Positions 9,108 through 17,922 of a DNA stretch of 64,000 nt are shown here, piece by piece. This DNA comes from an uncultured Actinomycetes bacterium (GTDB lineage: Bacteria > Actinomycetota > Acidimicrobiia > IMCC26256 > PALSA-610), in assembly GCA_963716525.1 (NCBI GenBank), contig OY970315.1:4395034-4459033 (forward strand), written 5' to 3'. A model generated the notes under the pieces. The model had not been told where the DNA came from. It saw only the letters and a list, made by a program, of their open reading frames with translations, and did no database searches. Both the position numbers and the translations under genes were made by a program. Each line of letters begins with the position of its first letter. The stretch's first letter is position 1.

Positions 9108-10337
9108 ATGAGCGTCACCGTCGACCTGTCCGATCCCGACGTCTACGTCGACGGGCCGCCGCACGCACTGTTCGCCGAGCTGCGCGCCAACCAGCCCGTC
9201 TACTGGCAGGAGATGCGCGGCGAGCCCGGCTACTGGGCGGTGCTCCGGCACGCCGACGTCGTACACGTGGCGCGCGAGCCCACGCTGTTCTCGGCCGAGC
9301 GGGGTGGCGTGGTGATCGAAGACCTCGATCCCGAACGCCTCGCGATGATGCGCAACATGCTGCTGTCGATGGACCCGCCGCGGCACCTCGACTACCGGCG
9401 GCCGCTCGTACCGAGCTTCAAGGCGAAGATCATCGCCGGTCTCGAGGCCCGCATCCGCGCGATCTGCACCACGATCATGGCCGGCGCGGCGCAGCAGCGT
9501 GACGTCGAGTTCGTGCACGACGTCACCGCGAGCCTGCCGTCGCAGGTGATCGGCGAGCTCGTGGGGCTTCCCCGCGAGGACTGGCCGAAGATCCATCGCT
9601 GGGCCGAGATGAACACGAGTGGCCAGGATCCCGACGTCGCGGGCGAGGGCAGCGACTCCGGCGACGCCGGCGCCGACGGTGCGGGCGACGGCAACATGCA
9701 GATGGCGATGTACGCGATCGAGCTGGCCGCCCGGCGCCGGCTCGAACCGCCCCGCGAGGACCTCACGTCGCTGATCCTGGGCACCGAGTTCGGCGGCACG
9801 CTGATGAGCGACATCGACTTCGCCAGCTTCTTCGTCCAGCTCGTGACCGCTGGCAACGACACCACGAAGACGATGCTGTCGTCGGGCCTGCTCGCGCTCC
9901 TGCAGCACCCCGAACAGCTCGCCGAGCTGCGCGCCGATCCGTCGCTCGTGGCCGGCGCGGTGGAGGAGATCCTGCGGTGGGCAAACCCACTCCACTACTT
10001 CCGGCGCACCGCGTCGGCCGACACCGAGCTCGCCGGCACGAGCATCGCCGAAGGCGACAAGGTCGCAATGATCTACACGTCGGCGAACCGCGACGAGACC
10101 GTGTTCGACGACCCCGACCGCTTCGACATCCACCGGCGTCCGAACCCGCACGTGTCGTTCGGCATCGGCGAGCACTTCTGCCTCGGAGTCCATCTCGCGC
10201 GCCTCGAGGCCCGGGTGTTCTTCGAGGAGCTGCTCGCGACGTTTCCCACGATCGAGCTGCGCGGCGAGCCGCGGCGCACACGTTCCAACCTCAACAACGC
10301 GCTCAAGTCGCTCCCGGTGAGGCTGGTCGCCGCATGA
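9108..10337 (+). CDS. cytochrome P450
   Basis: The start is ATG 9108 (MSVTVDLSDPDVY..). The I-helix AGNDTT, the ExxR motif (EEILRW) and the heme-thiolate loop FGIGEHFCLGVHLA are present. Confidence 0.9.
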   Translation: MSVTVDLSDPDVYVDGPPHALFAELRANQPVYWQEMRGEPGYWAVLRHADVVHVAREPTLFSAERGGVVIEDLDPERLAMMRNMLLSMDPPRHLDYRRPLVPSFKAKIIAGLEARIRAICTTIMAGAAQQRDVEFVHDVTASLPSQVIGELVGLPREDWPKIHRWAEMNTSGQDPDVAGEGSDSGDAGADGAGDGNMQMAMYAIELAARRRLEPPREDLTSLILGTEFGGTLMSDIDFASFFVQLVTAGNDTTKTMLSSGLLALLQHPEQLAELRADPSLVAGAVEEILRWANPLHYFRRTASADTELAGTSIAEGDKVAMIYTSANRDETVFDDPDRFDIHRRPNPHVSFGIGEHFCLGVHLARLEARVFFEELLATFPTIELRGEPRRTRSNLNNALKSLPVRLVAA

Positions 10338-11626
10338 CCGCCGGCGCAGCCGAGCCTCGCGATCCGGGCGAGCTCATCCTCGTGTCCGTCGACGACCACA
10401 TCTGCGAGCCGGCCGACATGTTCGAGGCGCACGTGCCCGCGAAGTACCGCGACCGTGCGCCGCAGGTGGTCGACCGCCCCGACGGCGCGCAGCAGTGGCG
10501 TTACGGCGAGCTGTGGGGCCGCAACCTCGGCCTCAACGCGGTCGCCGGCAAGACACCCGAGTTCTTCAACGTCGACCCGCTGCGCTACGAGCACATGCGC
10601 GCGGGCTGCTACGACGTGCACGAACGCGTCCGCGACATGTCGGCGGGCGGCCAGCTCGCGGGTCTGAACTTTCCGAACTGGACGGGCTTTTCGGGCCAGG
10701 TGTTGAACCACGGGCCGGATCACGACGTGAACCTCGTGATGATCCGCGCGTACAACGACTGGCACGTCGACGAATGGTGCGGTACGTACCCCGACCGCTT
10801 CATCCCCTGCGGCATCCTCCCGCTCTTCGACGTCGAGGAGGCCGCGCTCGAAGTGCGCCGCCTCGCCGGCAAGGGGTGCCACGCGGTCACGTTCTCCGAG
10901 AACCCGGCCGGACTCGGCATGCCCAGCATCCACACCGATGCGTGGGATCCGCTGTTCGCCGCGTGCAGCGACACCGGCACGGTCCTGTGCTGCCACGTGG
11001 GCTCGTCGTCGCAACGGGCGTCGACCACGCCCGACGCTCCGGCACCGGTGGCGATGAACCTCTCGTCGGTGATGTCGATCTACACGCTCGGCGACCTGCT
11101 GTGGGCGTCGTTCTGGCAGCGGTTCCCGAAGCTCCGCTTCGCGCTCACCGAGGGCGACGTGGGCTGGATCCCCTATTTCCTCTGGCGCGCCGAGCACACC
11201 CTGGACCGGCACAACGGCTGGATGCGCCACGAGTTGCCCCAGGGCCTCCGCCCGAGCGAGCTGTTCCGTGAGCGCATCCTGTGCTGCTTCATCAGCGACC
11301 CGATCGCGGTGAAGCTGCTCGGCGAGCTGAACGTCGACAACGTCTGCTGGGAGAGCGACTACCCGCACTCCGACAGCTCCTGGCCCCGCGCCCCGGAGTC
11401 GCTCGCCCGCCTGTTCGCCGGCGTCGACGACGAGACCGTCGCCAAGATCACGCACCGCAACGCGATGCGGCACTTCCGGTTCGACCCGTTCGCGATCCGC
11501 CCGCCGGCGCGGTGCACGGCCGCGGCGCTGCGGCAGGAGGCGCCCGACGTCGACGTGGTCACCCGGACGGGCCGCGCGGCCGACGAACGCGACCTCGACG
11601 CCTGGCGCAGGCTCACGAAGCGCTGA
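10334..11626 (+). CDS. amidohydrolase-2 family protein (ACMSD-like metal hydrolase/decarboxylase)
   Basis: ATG 10334 forms an ATGA overlap with the P450 stop. LVSVDDHICEP, CHAVTFSENP and WESDYPHSD are typical of PF04909-type proteins. Confidence 0.8.
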   Translation: MTAGAAEPRDPGELILVSVDDHICEPADMFEAHVPAKYRDRAPQVVDRPDGAQQWRYGELWGRNLGLNAVAGKTPEFFNVDPLRYEHMRAGCYDVHERVRDMSAGGQLAGLNFPNWTGFSGQVLNHGPDHDVNLVMIRAYNDWHVDEWCGTYPDRFIPCGILPLFDVEEAALEVRRLAGKGCHAVTFSENPAGLGMPSIHTDAWDPLFAACSDTGTVLCCHVGSSSQRASTTPDAPAPVAMNLSSVMSIYTLGDLLWASFWQRFPKLRFALTEGDVGWIPYFLWRAEHTLDRHNGWMRHELPQGLRPSELFRERILCCFISDPIAVKLLGELNVDNVCWESDYPHSDSSWPRAPESLARLFAGVDDETVAKITHRNAMRHFRFDPFAIRPPARCTAAALRQEAPDVDVVTRTGRAADERDLDAWRRLTKR

Positions 11627-11683
11627 TCGCGCCCAGCTCGCGAGCCGTCAGGGCGATCGTCCGGTCGATCGTCAGGGCGATGG

Positions 11684-12562
11684 TCAGCGCGGTCGCTCGA
11701 TGAGCTCGATCACCTCGTGGTCGGGGCCGCGGGCGCACACGAAGCGCAGCGGCGGGAGGTCGTCGCCCATCGCCATCGTCACCGGATCGGACATCCGGTG
11801 CACACCCAACGTGTCGAGATCGCGGCACGCGGCGTCGAGATCGGCCACGAGCAGCGCGGCGCGCCAGATGCCGACCGCGTTCGCCGGTCGCGGCGCAACC
11901 GGCGCAACCGCAGGCACGCCGAAACCCACGAGCATCAACGCGATGCCACCGGCCGGCGCGGTCATCATCACCTCTTCGAACGTCGACCGCCCGGCGATCC
12001 GCAAGTGCGTGCTCTCGTCGTTCGCGCTGGCGAACCGTGCGGCTTCCCGAAATCCCAATGCGCGGTACCACGCCACCGATCGCTCGAGATCGCTACACAC
12101 CACACCGGCGAACGACACGGCCGGACCGCCCGCCTCGACGAGCTCGACCGCAACGCCGTCGGGATCGCTCGCCAGCACGAGGCGGATGTCGTCGTGGTAC
12201 GCCGGCGCCGCCCACACCTCGCCGCCGAGCGCGGTCGCCGCGAGCATCGCGGCGTCGAGGTCGGGCACGAGCAACCCGAGGCGCTGGAAGCCCTGCGTGT
12301 GCAGGTTCGCCGGTGGCTCGCCGGCCGGCGCCGGCTCGTGCCATTCGAGGAGGTCGACGACACCGCCGTCGAATCCCTGCGCGCCGGTGAGGATCCACGC
12401 GTCCCAGCGCGCCCGCGCCAGGCCGAACGCGTCGCCGGGCTGGGCGGCGCCGGGCGCGGTTCGGGTGGCGGCGCGCAGCCCGATCGCCTCGTAGAACGCC
12501 CGCGAACGGCCGAGGTCGCGGCAGTTGACGTTGACGTGGAAGACCTGCGCGCCGTCGAGCAC
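11684..12562 (-). CDS. two-domain VOC (glyoxalase/bleomycin-resistance/dioxygenase) family protein
   Basis: Track ORF containing two repeats of the beta-alpha-beta-beta-beta module (VFHVNVNCRDLGRSRAFYEAIG.. and FAGVVCSDLERSVAWYRALG..). Confidence 0.75.
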   Translation of the reverse strand: MLDGAQVFHVNVNCRDLGRSRAFYEAIGLRAATRTAPGAAQPGDAFGLARARWDAWILTGAQGFDGGVVDLLEWHEPAPAGEPPANLHTQGFQRLGLLVPDLDAAMLAATALGGEVWAAPAYHDDIRLVLASDPDGVAVELVEAGGPAVSFAGVVCSDLERSVAWYRALGFREAARFASANDESTHLRIAGRSTFEEVMMTAPAGGIALMLVGFGVPAVAPVAPRPANAVGIWRAALLVADLDAACRDLDTLGVHRMSDPVTMAMGDDLPPLRFVCARGPDHEVIELIERPR

Positions 12563-12581
12563 GGGCGCACGCTAGCGACGG

Positions 12582-15143
12582 CTACACGGCCTGGGCCGGG
12601 GCCGGCTCCGGTTCGAGCGGCGGCGTGACCGGCGTGACGTCGAAGGTGTCGACGGCACCGCCGGCCGGCTGCCGGCTCAGCCGGTAGAACGCCACGCCGG
12701 CAATGACGTACACGACGAGCGCGAACCACTGCACGGTCTTGAAGCCGAGCGCCATCGCGAGGATCGTGGCGAGCACCGAACCGATCACCGAGAGGAAGCC
12801 ATTGACGGCCCAGGCCCAGGCGGAGTGCATCGATCCGGGTGAGATGCGGTGCGTCTGCGCGAGGCCGAGGGGCATGAACATCCCGAGGATGAACCCGAGC
12901 GGCAGCAGGACAACGAGCGCGACGATCACGCGCACGCCCAGCGAGCGGCTCAGCACGTGGTCGGTGATGGGATCGAGCCCGAACTCGTAGACCGCGGTGA
13001 GCACGCCCAGCGCGAGCAGGAGCGGCGGCATCAACGCGGCACCGAAGCGCTCGAGGCGCGTGCTCACGAGCGCGCCGATGCCTGTGGCGAGCAGGAGCGC
13101 GGCCAGCGTGACCGTGAGCGAGTATGTGGGATAGCCCAGCATGCGTGTGAGGCGCTGGATCATCGTGACCTCGAACAGGATGAAGCCGAGGCCGAGCGCG
13201 CCGAAGTACACCGCCGACACGGTGCGCGCGGGGAGCGCGGCGAACGAGCGCCGCACGAACAAGAACGGAAGCAGCAGGAACACCGCGGCGTAGAGCACCG
13301 AGATCGCCAGCAGCAACAGCAGCACGCGTTCGCCGATCGAGTTCTCCGGATCGAAACCCGCCGAGTGGATCGGCTGCAAGATGTGTTTGAGCACGCTGCC
13401 GAAGCTCGCGAAGTGCCAGAAGAACGGCTGGTTGTCGTGTACCGCGCTGATCGACAGCGGATAGCTGGCCTCGATGCCGCGCAGCTGCTTGTCGGACGTC
13501 GCGGCCGCGAGCCGGGCGACGATGTGTGACCCGTGCGCTCGGCCCGGCGCGTAGAGCAGCGTCCAGTCCTCGGTGACGGTATTGCCGTTCGGATGGACCA
13601 CAACGGGCTTGTTCGGTATCGCCTTCGAGAGCCGGTCGACCTCGGCCTTGGTGAAGGCCGTGCGCTTGACCATGACGGTCGGCAGGCTGCCGGCAGTGCC
13701 GCTCTCGCGCACGACGATGATGTGGTTCTGCGGATCGCGCACCCCCATGGCCCTGAGCGCGGCCCGCGCGGTCACCACGTAGCGAGCGGTGCGGTTCGGC
13801 CGGTTCTGGAAGTCGAGCTCACCGAACTCCGCGACCATGATGCCGTTGTCCGTGAGGTGCTGCAGGCTCTGCTTGATCATCTCCTCGGTGTAGAGGTAGC
13901 TCTCCGACAGCACGAACGCGCCCGACGACACCGCGTTGTTCGCGGCGTAGCTGTCGGGCGCCACGAACCACACGAGCTGGTACTTGTCGGTGCTGCGCGC
14001 GATGAACGAGCGCGCGTCGGCCTGGTGGATCGACACACCAGGCTGCTGGTCGAGATGCCCCGTGTAGTCGGCGAAGCGGTGCTTCAGGATCCCCACCGTC
14101 ACAGGATTGAGCTCCACGCCTTCGATCCGGGGCGAGTGGAAGTGCAGCGCGGCGAGGATCTCGTTGCCGCCGGCCGACCCGACGATCAGCGTGTGCCCGG
14201 GCGGCGTACCGAGGAGGTCGAACGGCAGCCGGCGCGGGTCGATGTCGAAGCGAGTGAGCGACGCCGGGTTGCCGTTGTACGCCCAGATGCCCGATCCCAA
14301 CGCGGCGTCGTGCGCGAGCAGGTAGTTGTCGCGGGTGATCGGATAGACGTCGACACGGAACACCGGCCCCCACGCCGAGTACAGGGCGTGGGCGGCGTCG
14401 TACTTGTTCTGTTCGGGCCGCACGTCGGGCAGCGCGTCGTGCGCCACCACCACGACGAGGAGCGCAACGGTGAGCACGGCGCCGACGGCCGCGGGCCACG
14501 AGCGCACATTGCGCCGGCTCGCCACGACGGCGAGCGCAAACAACAGCGCAGCGATGTACACCACCGCGGGAGGTCCGAACCACACGATGACGGGGATCGC
14601 GAGGAGGCACCCGAGGCCCGCCCCGAGGAGGTCACCGAAGTACAGGCCGCCAACGGGCCCGTTCGCGCGGCCCAGGATCGTCGCGACCACCAGACCTACT
14701 GCGATGAACGACGCGAAGAGCACGAAGCTGACGAGGCCGAGCGCGGCGAGGTTCTTGAACGAGCCGGCGCTGCCGTAGTCCCAGATCTGGACAGTGTCGA
14801 GCGGCAGCCTCGCGATCAGCAGGTAGCCGAACGGCACGAACACCGCGCCCGCGATGCACGACCCGGTGAGGATCGCTTCCGTGCCGGCCGCCTTCACTCG
14901 CCGGATCGTGGCGAGCGCGATGCCCCCGGTGCCCACGCCCAGCAGGGCCAGCCCGATGACGAGGTAGACGTAGTAGTACCAGAGCTTGTACGAGACGATG
15001 CGGGTGTACGCGACCTCGAGCAGCAACCCCGCCATGCTGACGAGGAAGATCACGATCGTCTGGCGGACCCGCCCTACCGGTTCGTGTTCGTCCAGCGACA
15101 CCCGTGCCTCCATGCGCCGAGCAGCGTAACCGGCGTGCTCCAC
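12582..15143 (-). CDS. fused polytopic membrane / spermidine-synthase-like (aminopropyltransferase fold) protein
   Basis: Track ORF of 853 aa (GTG start; an alternative ATG lies 10 codons in). It has many TM helices on both sides of a SAM-MTase-like core: ..GHTLIVGSAGGNEILAAL..IEGVELNP..YQLVWFVAPDS... Confidence 0.75.
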   Translation of the reverse strand: MEHAGYAARRMEARVSLDEHEPVGRVRQTIVIFLVSMAGLLLEVAYTRIVSYKLWYYYVYLVIGLALLGVGTGGIALATIRRVKAAGTEAILTGSCIAGAVFVPFGYLLIARLPLDTVQIWDYGSAGSFKNLAALGLVSFVLFASFIAVGLVVATILGRANGPVGGLYFGDLLGAGLGCLLAIPVIVWFGPPAVVYIAALLFALAVVASRRNVRSWPAAVGAVLTVALLVVVVAHDALPDVRPEQNKYDAAHALYSAWGPVFRVDVYPITRDNYLLAHDAALGSGIWAYNGNPASLTRFDIDPRRLPFDLLGTPPGHTLIVGSAGGNEILAALHFHSPRIEGVELNPVTVGILKHRFADYTGHLDQQPGVSIHQADARSFIARSTDKYQLVWFVAPDSYAANNAVSSGAFVLSESYLYTEEMIKQSLQHLTDNGIMVAEFGELDFQNRPNRTARYVVTARAALRAMGVRDPQNHIIVVRESGTAGSLPTVMVKRTAFTKAEVDRLSKAIPNKPVVVHPNGNTVTEDWTLLYAPGRAHGSHIVARLAAATSDKQLRGIEASYPLSISAVHDNQPFFWHFASFGSVLKHILQPIHSAGFDPENSIGERVLLLLLAISVLYAAVFLLLPFLFVRRSFAALPARTVSAVYFGALGLGFILFEVTMIQRLTRMLGYPTYSLTVTLAALLLATGIGALVSTRLERFGAALMPPLLLALGVLTAVYEFGLDPITDHVLSRSLGVRVIVALVVLLPLGFILGMFMPLGLAQTHRISPGSMHSAWAWAVNGFLSVIGSVLATILAMALGFKTVQWFALVVYVIAGVAFYRLSRQPAGGAVDTFDVTPVTPPLEPEPAPAQAV

Positions 15144-15194
15144 GTCGCTGGCTCCGGCGGCGCTGCGAGCTTCGTGGGCAGTGCCCCGATGTTC

Positions 15195-16415
15195 CTATTC
15201 GACGGCCTGCCACCGGATCGGGACCTCGGCGAAGCCGTCGATGATCGTCGAGTGCAGCCGCGGGAAGTCGTCGGGCTCGCCTTCGAGCGCGAGTCCGGAG
15301 AAGCGCGTGGCGATGGCCTCGAACATCACCTTGGCTTCGAGCCGCGCCAGGCTCGCACCCAAGCAGTAGTGCGGGCCGCCCGCGCCGAACGCGACGTGCT
15401 CGTTCGGTGTGCGCGTCACGTCGAGCACGTCCGGGTCGGCGAACACACGCTCGTCCCGGTTCGCCGACGGGTACACCATGACGACGCGCTCTCCGGCGGC
15501 GATCGGCTGTCCGCCCACCTCGGTGTCGATCGCGGCATGGCGCGCGAAGAGCATCACCGGCGACGTGCACCGCAGCAGCTCCTCGATCGCCACCGGTAGC
15601 AGCGCGAGATCGCGCCGCAGCCGCTCGAACTGGTCGGGTGCCTGCAACAGGGCGACGGTGCCGGAGGTGATCAGGTTGCGGGTGGTCTCGCTGCCAGCGT
15701 TCTGGAGCAGCATGAAGAACAGGTCGAGCTGCATCTGGTCGAGACGCTCGCCGTCGATGTCGGCTTCGATCAGGGCGCTGATGAGATCGTCGGCGGGCTG
15801 GCGGCGCCGGGCCTCACAGAGGGCATCGGCGTAGGCGAACATCTCGACCGCCGCCTCGGTGCGCTCCTCGTGCGTGACCTTCGGATCGAAGCCGAACGTG
15901 CGCTCGGTGAGCCCGAACACGTGCTCACGATCGTCTTCGGGCACGCCGACGAGATCGGCGATCACATGCAGCGGCAGCCACAGCGCGAGGTCGTGCACGA
16001 GGTCGCACTCACGGCGCGACCGGAGCGCGTCGATGATGCCGTTCACGCGGGCGACGAGCGCCTCGGTGAGGTCGCTCACGCGCCGCGGCGTGAACCCACG
16101 GTTGATGAGCTTGCGCTGCTTGACGTGCTCCGGTGCGTCGAGCGAGATCAACAGGCCCGACGTCGCCGACTGGTCCTGCCCCCGCTCCTCGAGGAACGGG
16201 TGCGGCGCGTTGCGGAACGTCGCCGCGTCGCGCGACACCCGCTGCACGTCGCCATGACGGGCAACCACCCAGTACCCGTCGGGCAGGTCCGGGTGGTCGT
16301 GGTGCGAGACCGGCTCATGGTCACGTAGCGCGCGGAAGCGTTCGTGCGGAAAGCCGCGGGTGTAGGTGTGCGGGTCGTGCAGCGGCGGTCCGGCAGTGGT
16401 GGTACTCGCGGCCAT
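15195..16415 (-). CDS. cytochrome P450
   Basis: Track ORF with NAGSETT, EELLR and the heme loop FGAGGPHYCLGASLA. Confidence 0.9.
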   Translation of the reverse strand: MAASTTTAGPPLHDPHTYTRGFPHERFRALRDHEPVSHHDHPDLPDGYWVVARHGDVQRVSRDAATFRNAPHPFLEERGQDQSATSGLLISLDAPEHVKQRKLINRGFTPRRVSDLTEALVARVNGIIDALRSRRECDLVHDLALWLPLHVIADLVGVPEDDREHVFGLTERTFGFDPKVTHEERTEAAVEMFAYADALCEARRRQPADDLISALIEADIDGERLDQMQLDLFFMLLQNAGSETTRNLITSGTVALLQAPDQFERLRRDLALLPVAIEELLRCTSPVMLFARHAAIDTEVGGQPIAAGERVVMVYPSANRDERVFADPDVLDVTRTPNEHVAFGAGGPHYCLGASLARLEAKVMFEAIATRFSGLALEGEPDDFPRLHSTIIDGFAEVPIRWQAVE

Positions 16416-16418
16416 ACA

Positions 16419-17198
16419 TCAGCTCCCGGTGAACTTCGGCGGTCGGCCCTCGGTCCGTGCCGCCCGCAGCTCGGCCGTGTCGTCGCTCTTGTTGACAAAC
16501 GTCTGGTAGATCATCTCGTCGGCCATCGACGACCGTATCTGCGGTATTGCGAGGTGGCGGATCACCTCCCGCGCCATGCGGACCGCCACGAACGATTGTG
16601 ACGCGATCTGCTCGGCCATCTCACGCACGGTGGCATCGAGCTCGTCGGGAGCCACCACCCGGCTGACGATGCCGTCCGCGAGCGCCTCCTCGGCCGAGAG
16701 GATGCGGCCGGTGAGCACCATGTCGCTCACCACACCGTGGCCGCACATCTCGTACAGCACCGCGACACCGCCCGTGTCGGGGATGACCCCGTAGGTGACC
16801 TCGGGGAGGCGGAAGCGGGAACCTTCCGATGCCACCCGGACGTCACATAGCAGTGCGCGCTGGAACGAGCCGCCCATCACCCACCCCTTGCACGCCACGA
16901 GCACGGGCGCATCGAGGTCCCACAGACGCTGGATGCCGCGGTGGCCGCGGCGCATGAGCTCGTGATGCGACAGCGGCACTTGGAGCGTGCCGATGGATCC
17001 GACGTCGCGCCCCGACGAGAACGACTTGCCTTCGCCGCGCCAGATGACGGCGCGGATGTCCCGTCGCGCCGAGAGCTCGTCGATGATGGCGAACAACTGG
17101 GCGTCCATGTCGTCGTCGAACGCGTTGTGCTTGTCGGGATTGTCGTTCGTGACGACGGCGATCGCGCCGTCGACCTCCAGTCGCACCGTTCCTGGCAT
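16419..17198 (-). CDS. enoyl-CoA hydratase/isomerase family protein
   Basis: This is the C-terminal part of track ORF 16419..19364: MPGTVRLEVDGAIAVVTNDNPDKHNAF.., GEGKSFSSGRDV. The start is taken at ATG 17198, with an alternative ATG at 17258. The stop lies 3 nt before the P450 start. Confidence 0.8.
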   Translation of the reverse strand: MPGTVRLEVDGAIAVVTNDNPDKHNAFDDDMDAQLFAIIDELSARRDIRAVIWRGEGKSFSSGRDVGSIGTLQVPLSHHELMRRGHRGIQRLWDLDAPVLVACKGWVMGGSFQRALLCDVRVASEGSRFRLPEVTYGVIPDTGGVAVLYEMCGHGVVSDMVLTGRILSAEEALADGIVSRVVAPDELDATVREMAEQIASQSFVAVRMAREVIRHLAIPQIRSSMADEMIYQTFVNKSDDTAELRAARTEGRPPKFTGS

Positions 17199-17382
17199 CG
17201 CTGTCCCCGCTCGCCTTCTCCGCATCATTCGTGCCCGAGCACGCTCGACATCCGCCATCTCGCGCCCTTCGGGGCGCTCGCCATCCTCGCGCACACTCAG
17301 AATGCGCTCAGCGGAGGTGCCGATCAGGTCGATACTCACACCGGTACGCTCGGCCACGAGGAGCGGGTTGTGGGGGACGGAC

Positions 17383-17922
17383 ATGGATGACGATGACAAG
17401 ATGCCACGCGCGAGAGGCGGCCGCCCCACGCGGCGCCGTGCCATCGCGGCAATTGCCACCGTCGCGTGCGTGCTCGCCGTCGCGCTCGCGGTTGGCGGTG
17501 CCGTGGTCGCGTTCCGCCACGCATCCCACCACCTCCACGCCGTGCGCCGCGACACCGCCGCGTCGGCCGGTCGGGTCGCGTCACTGACCGCCGCGCTCGC
17601 GCAGGCATCGACTGCGCGCGACCGCTCACGGCACGAGGCTGCGGTCGCCCACGCCGCGCTCGAGGCGGCACGCAGCGCGCATCTGCGGGGCGAGGCTGCG
17701 CTGCGTGCCGAGCTCGCCGACCTCGACACCACGCGGCGCGAGGCGTACGCGAGCCTCGTCGACGCGAACGCGCGCACGGCACAACTCGCCGCGCTGCACA
17801 CGTGCCTCGACGGTGTGTCGCAGGCGCTCGACATGCTCGGTGCCGGTGACGTGCACGGGTGGCAGAACCGGCTGCGCTCGATCGACGGCGTATGCAAGCA
17901 GGCCCAGGCGGCCACCGCATGA
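17383..17922 (+). CDS. membrane-anchored coiled-coil protein, function unknown
   Basis: From ATG 17383 within track ORF 16987..17922: a basic N-terminus, one TM helix (AIAAIATVACVLAVALAVGGAVV), an Ala/Arg-rich helical region and a C-terminal Cys pair (CLDG...GVCKQA). It forms an ATGA overlap with the next gene. Confidence 0.55.
   Translation: MDDDDKMPRARGGRPTRRRAIAAIATVACVLAVALAVGGAVVAFRHASHHLHAVRRDTAASAGRVASLTAALAQASTARDRSRHEAAVAHAALEAARSAHLRGEAALRAELADLDTTRREAYASLVDANARTAQLAALHTCLDGVSQALDMLGAGDVHGWQNRLRSIDGVCKQAQAATA

Noticed and set aside
11646-11681. Direct repeat CGTCAGGGCGAT x2 (24-bp period) in the convergent gap after the amidohydrolase gene.
   Set aside because: There are only two short copies and no hairpin potential. 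It abuts the 3' end of the VOC gene, and the evidence for any function is insufficient.
13533-15599. 688-aa track ORF on the plus strand.
   Set aside because: It lies antisense to the well-supported spermidine-synthase-like membrane gene. Its Arg/Asp/Glu/His-rich low-complexity translation has no family resemblance. It is a typical GC-driven shadow ORF.
17383-17400. The N-terminus MDDDDK resembles an enterokinase/FLAG-type tag, which raised the question of engineered sequence.
   Set aside because: There is no vector-like context, and the surrounding codon usage and gene overlaps are native. It is a coincidental acidic run.
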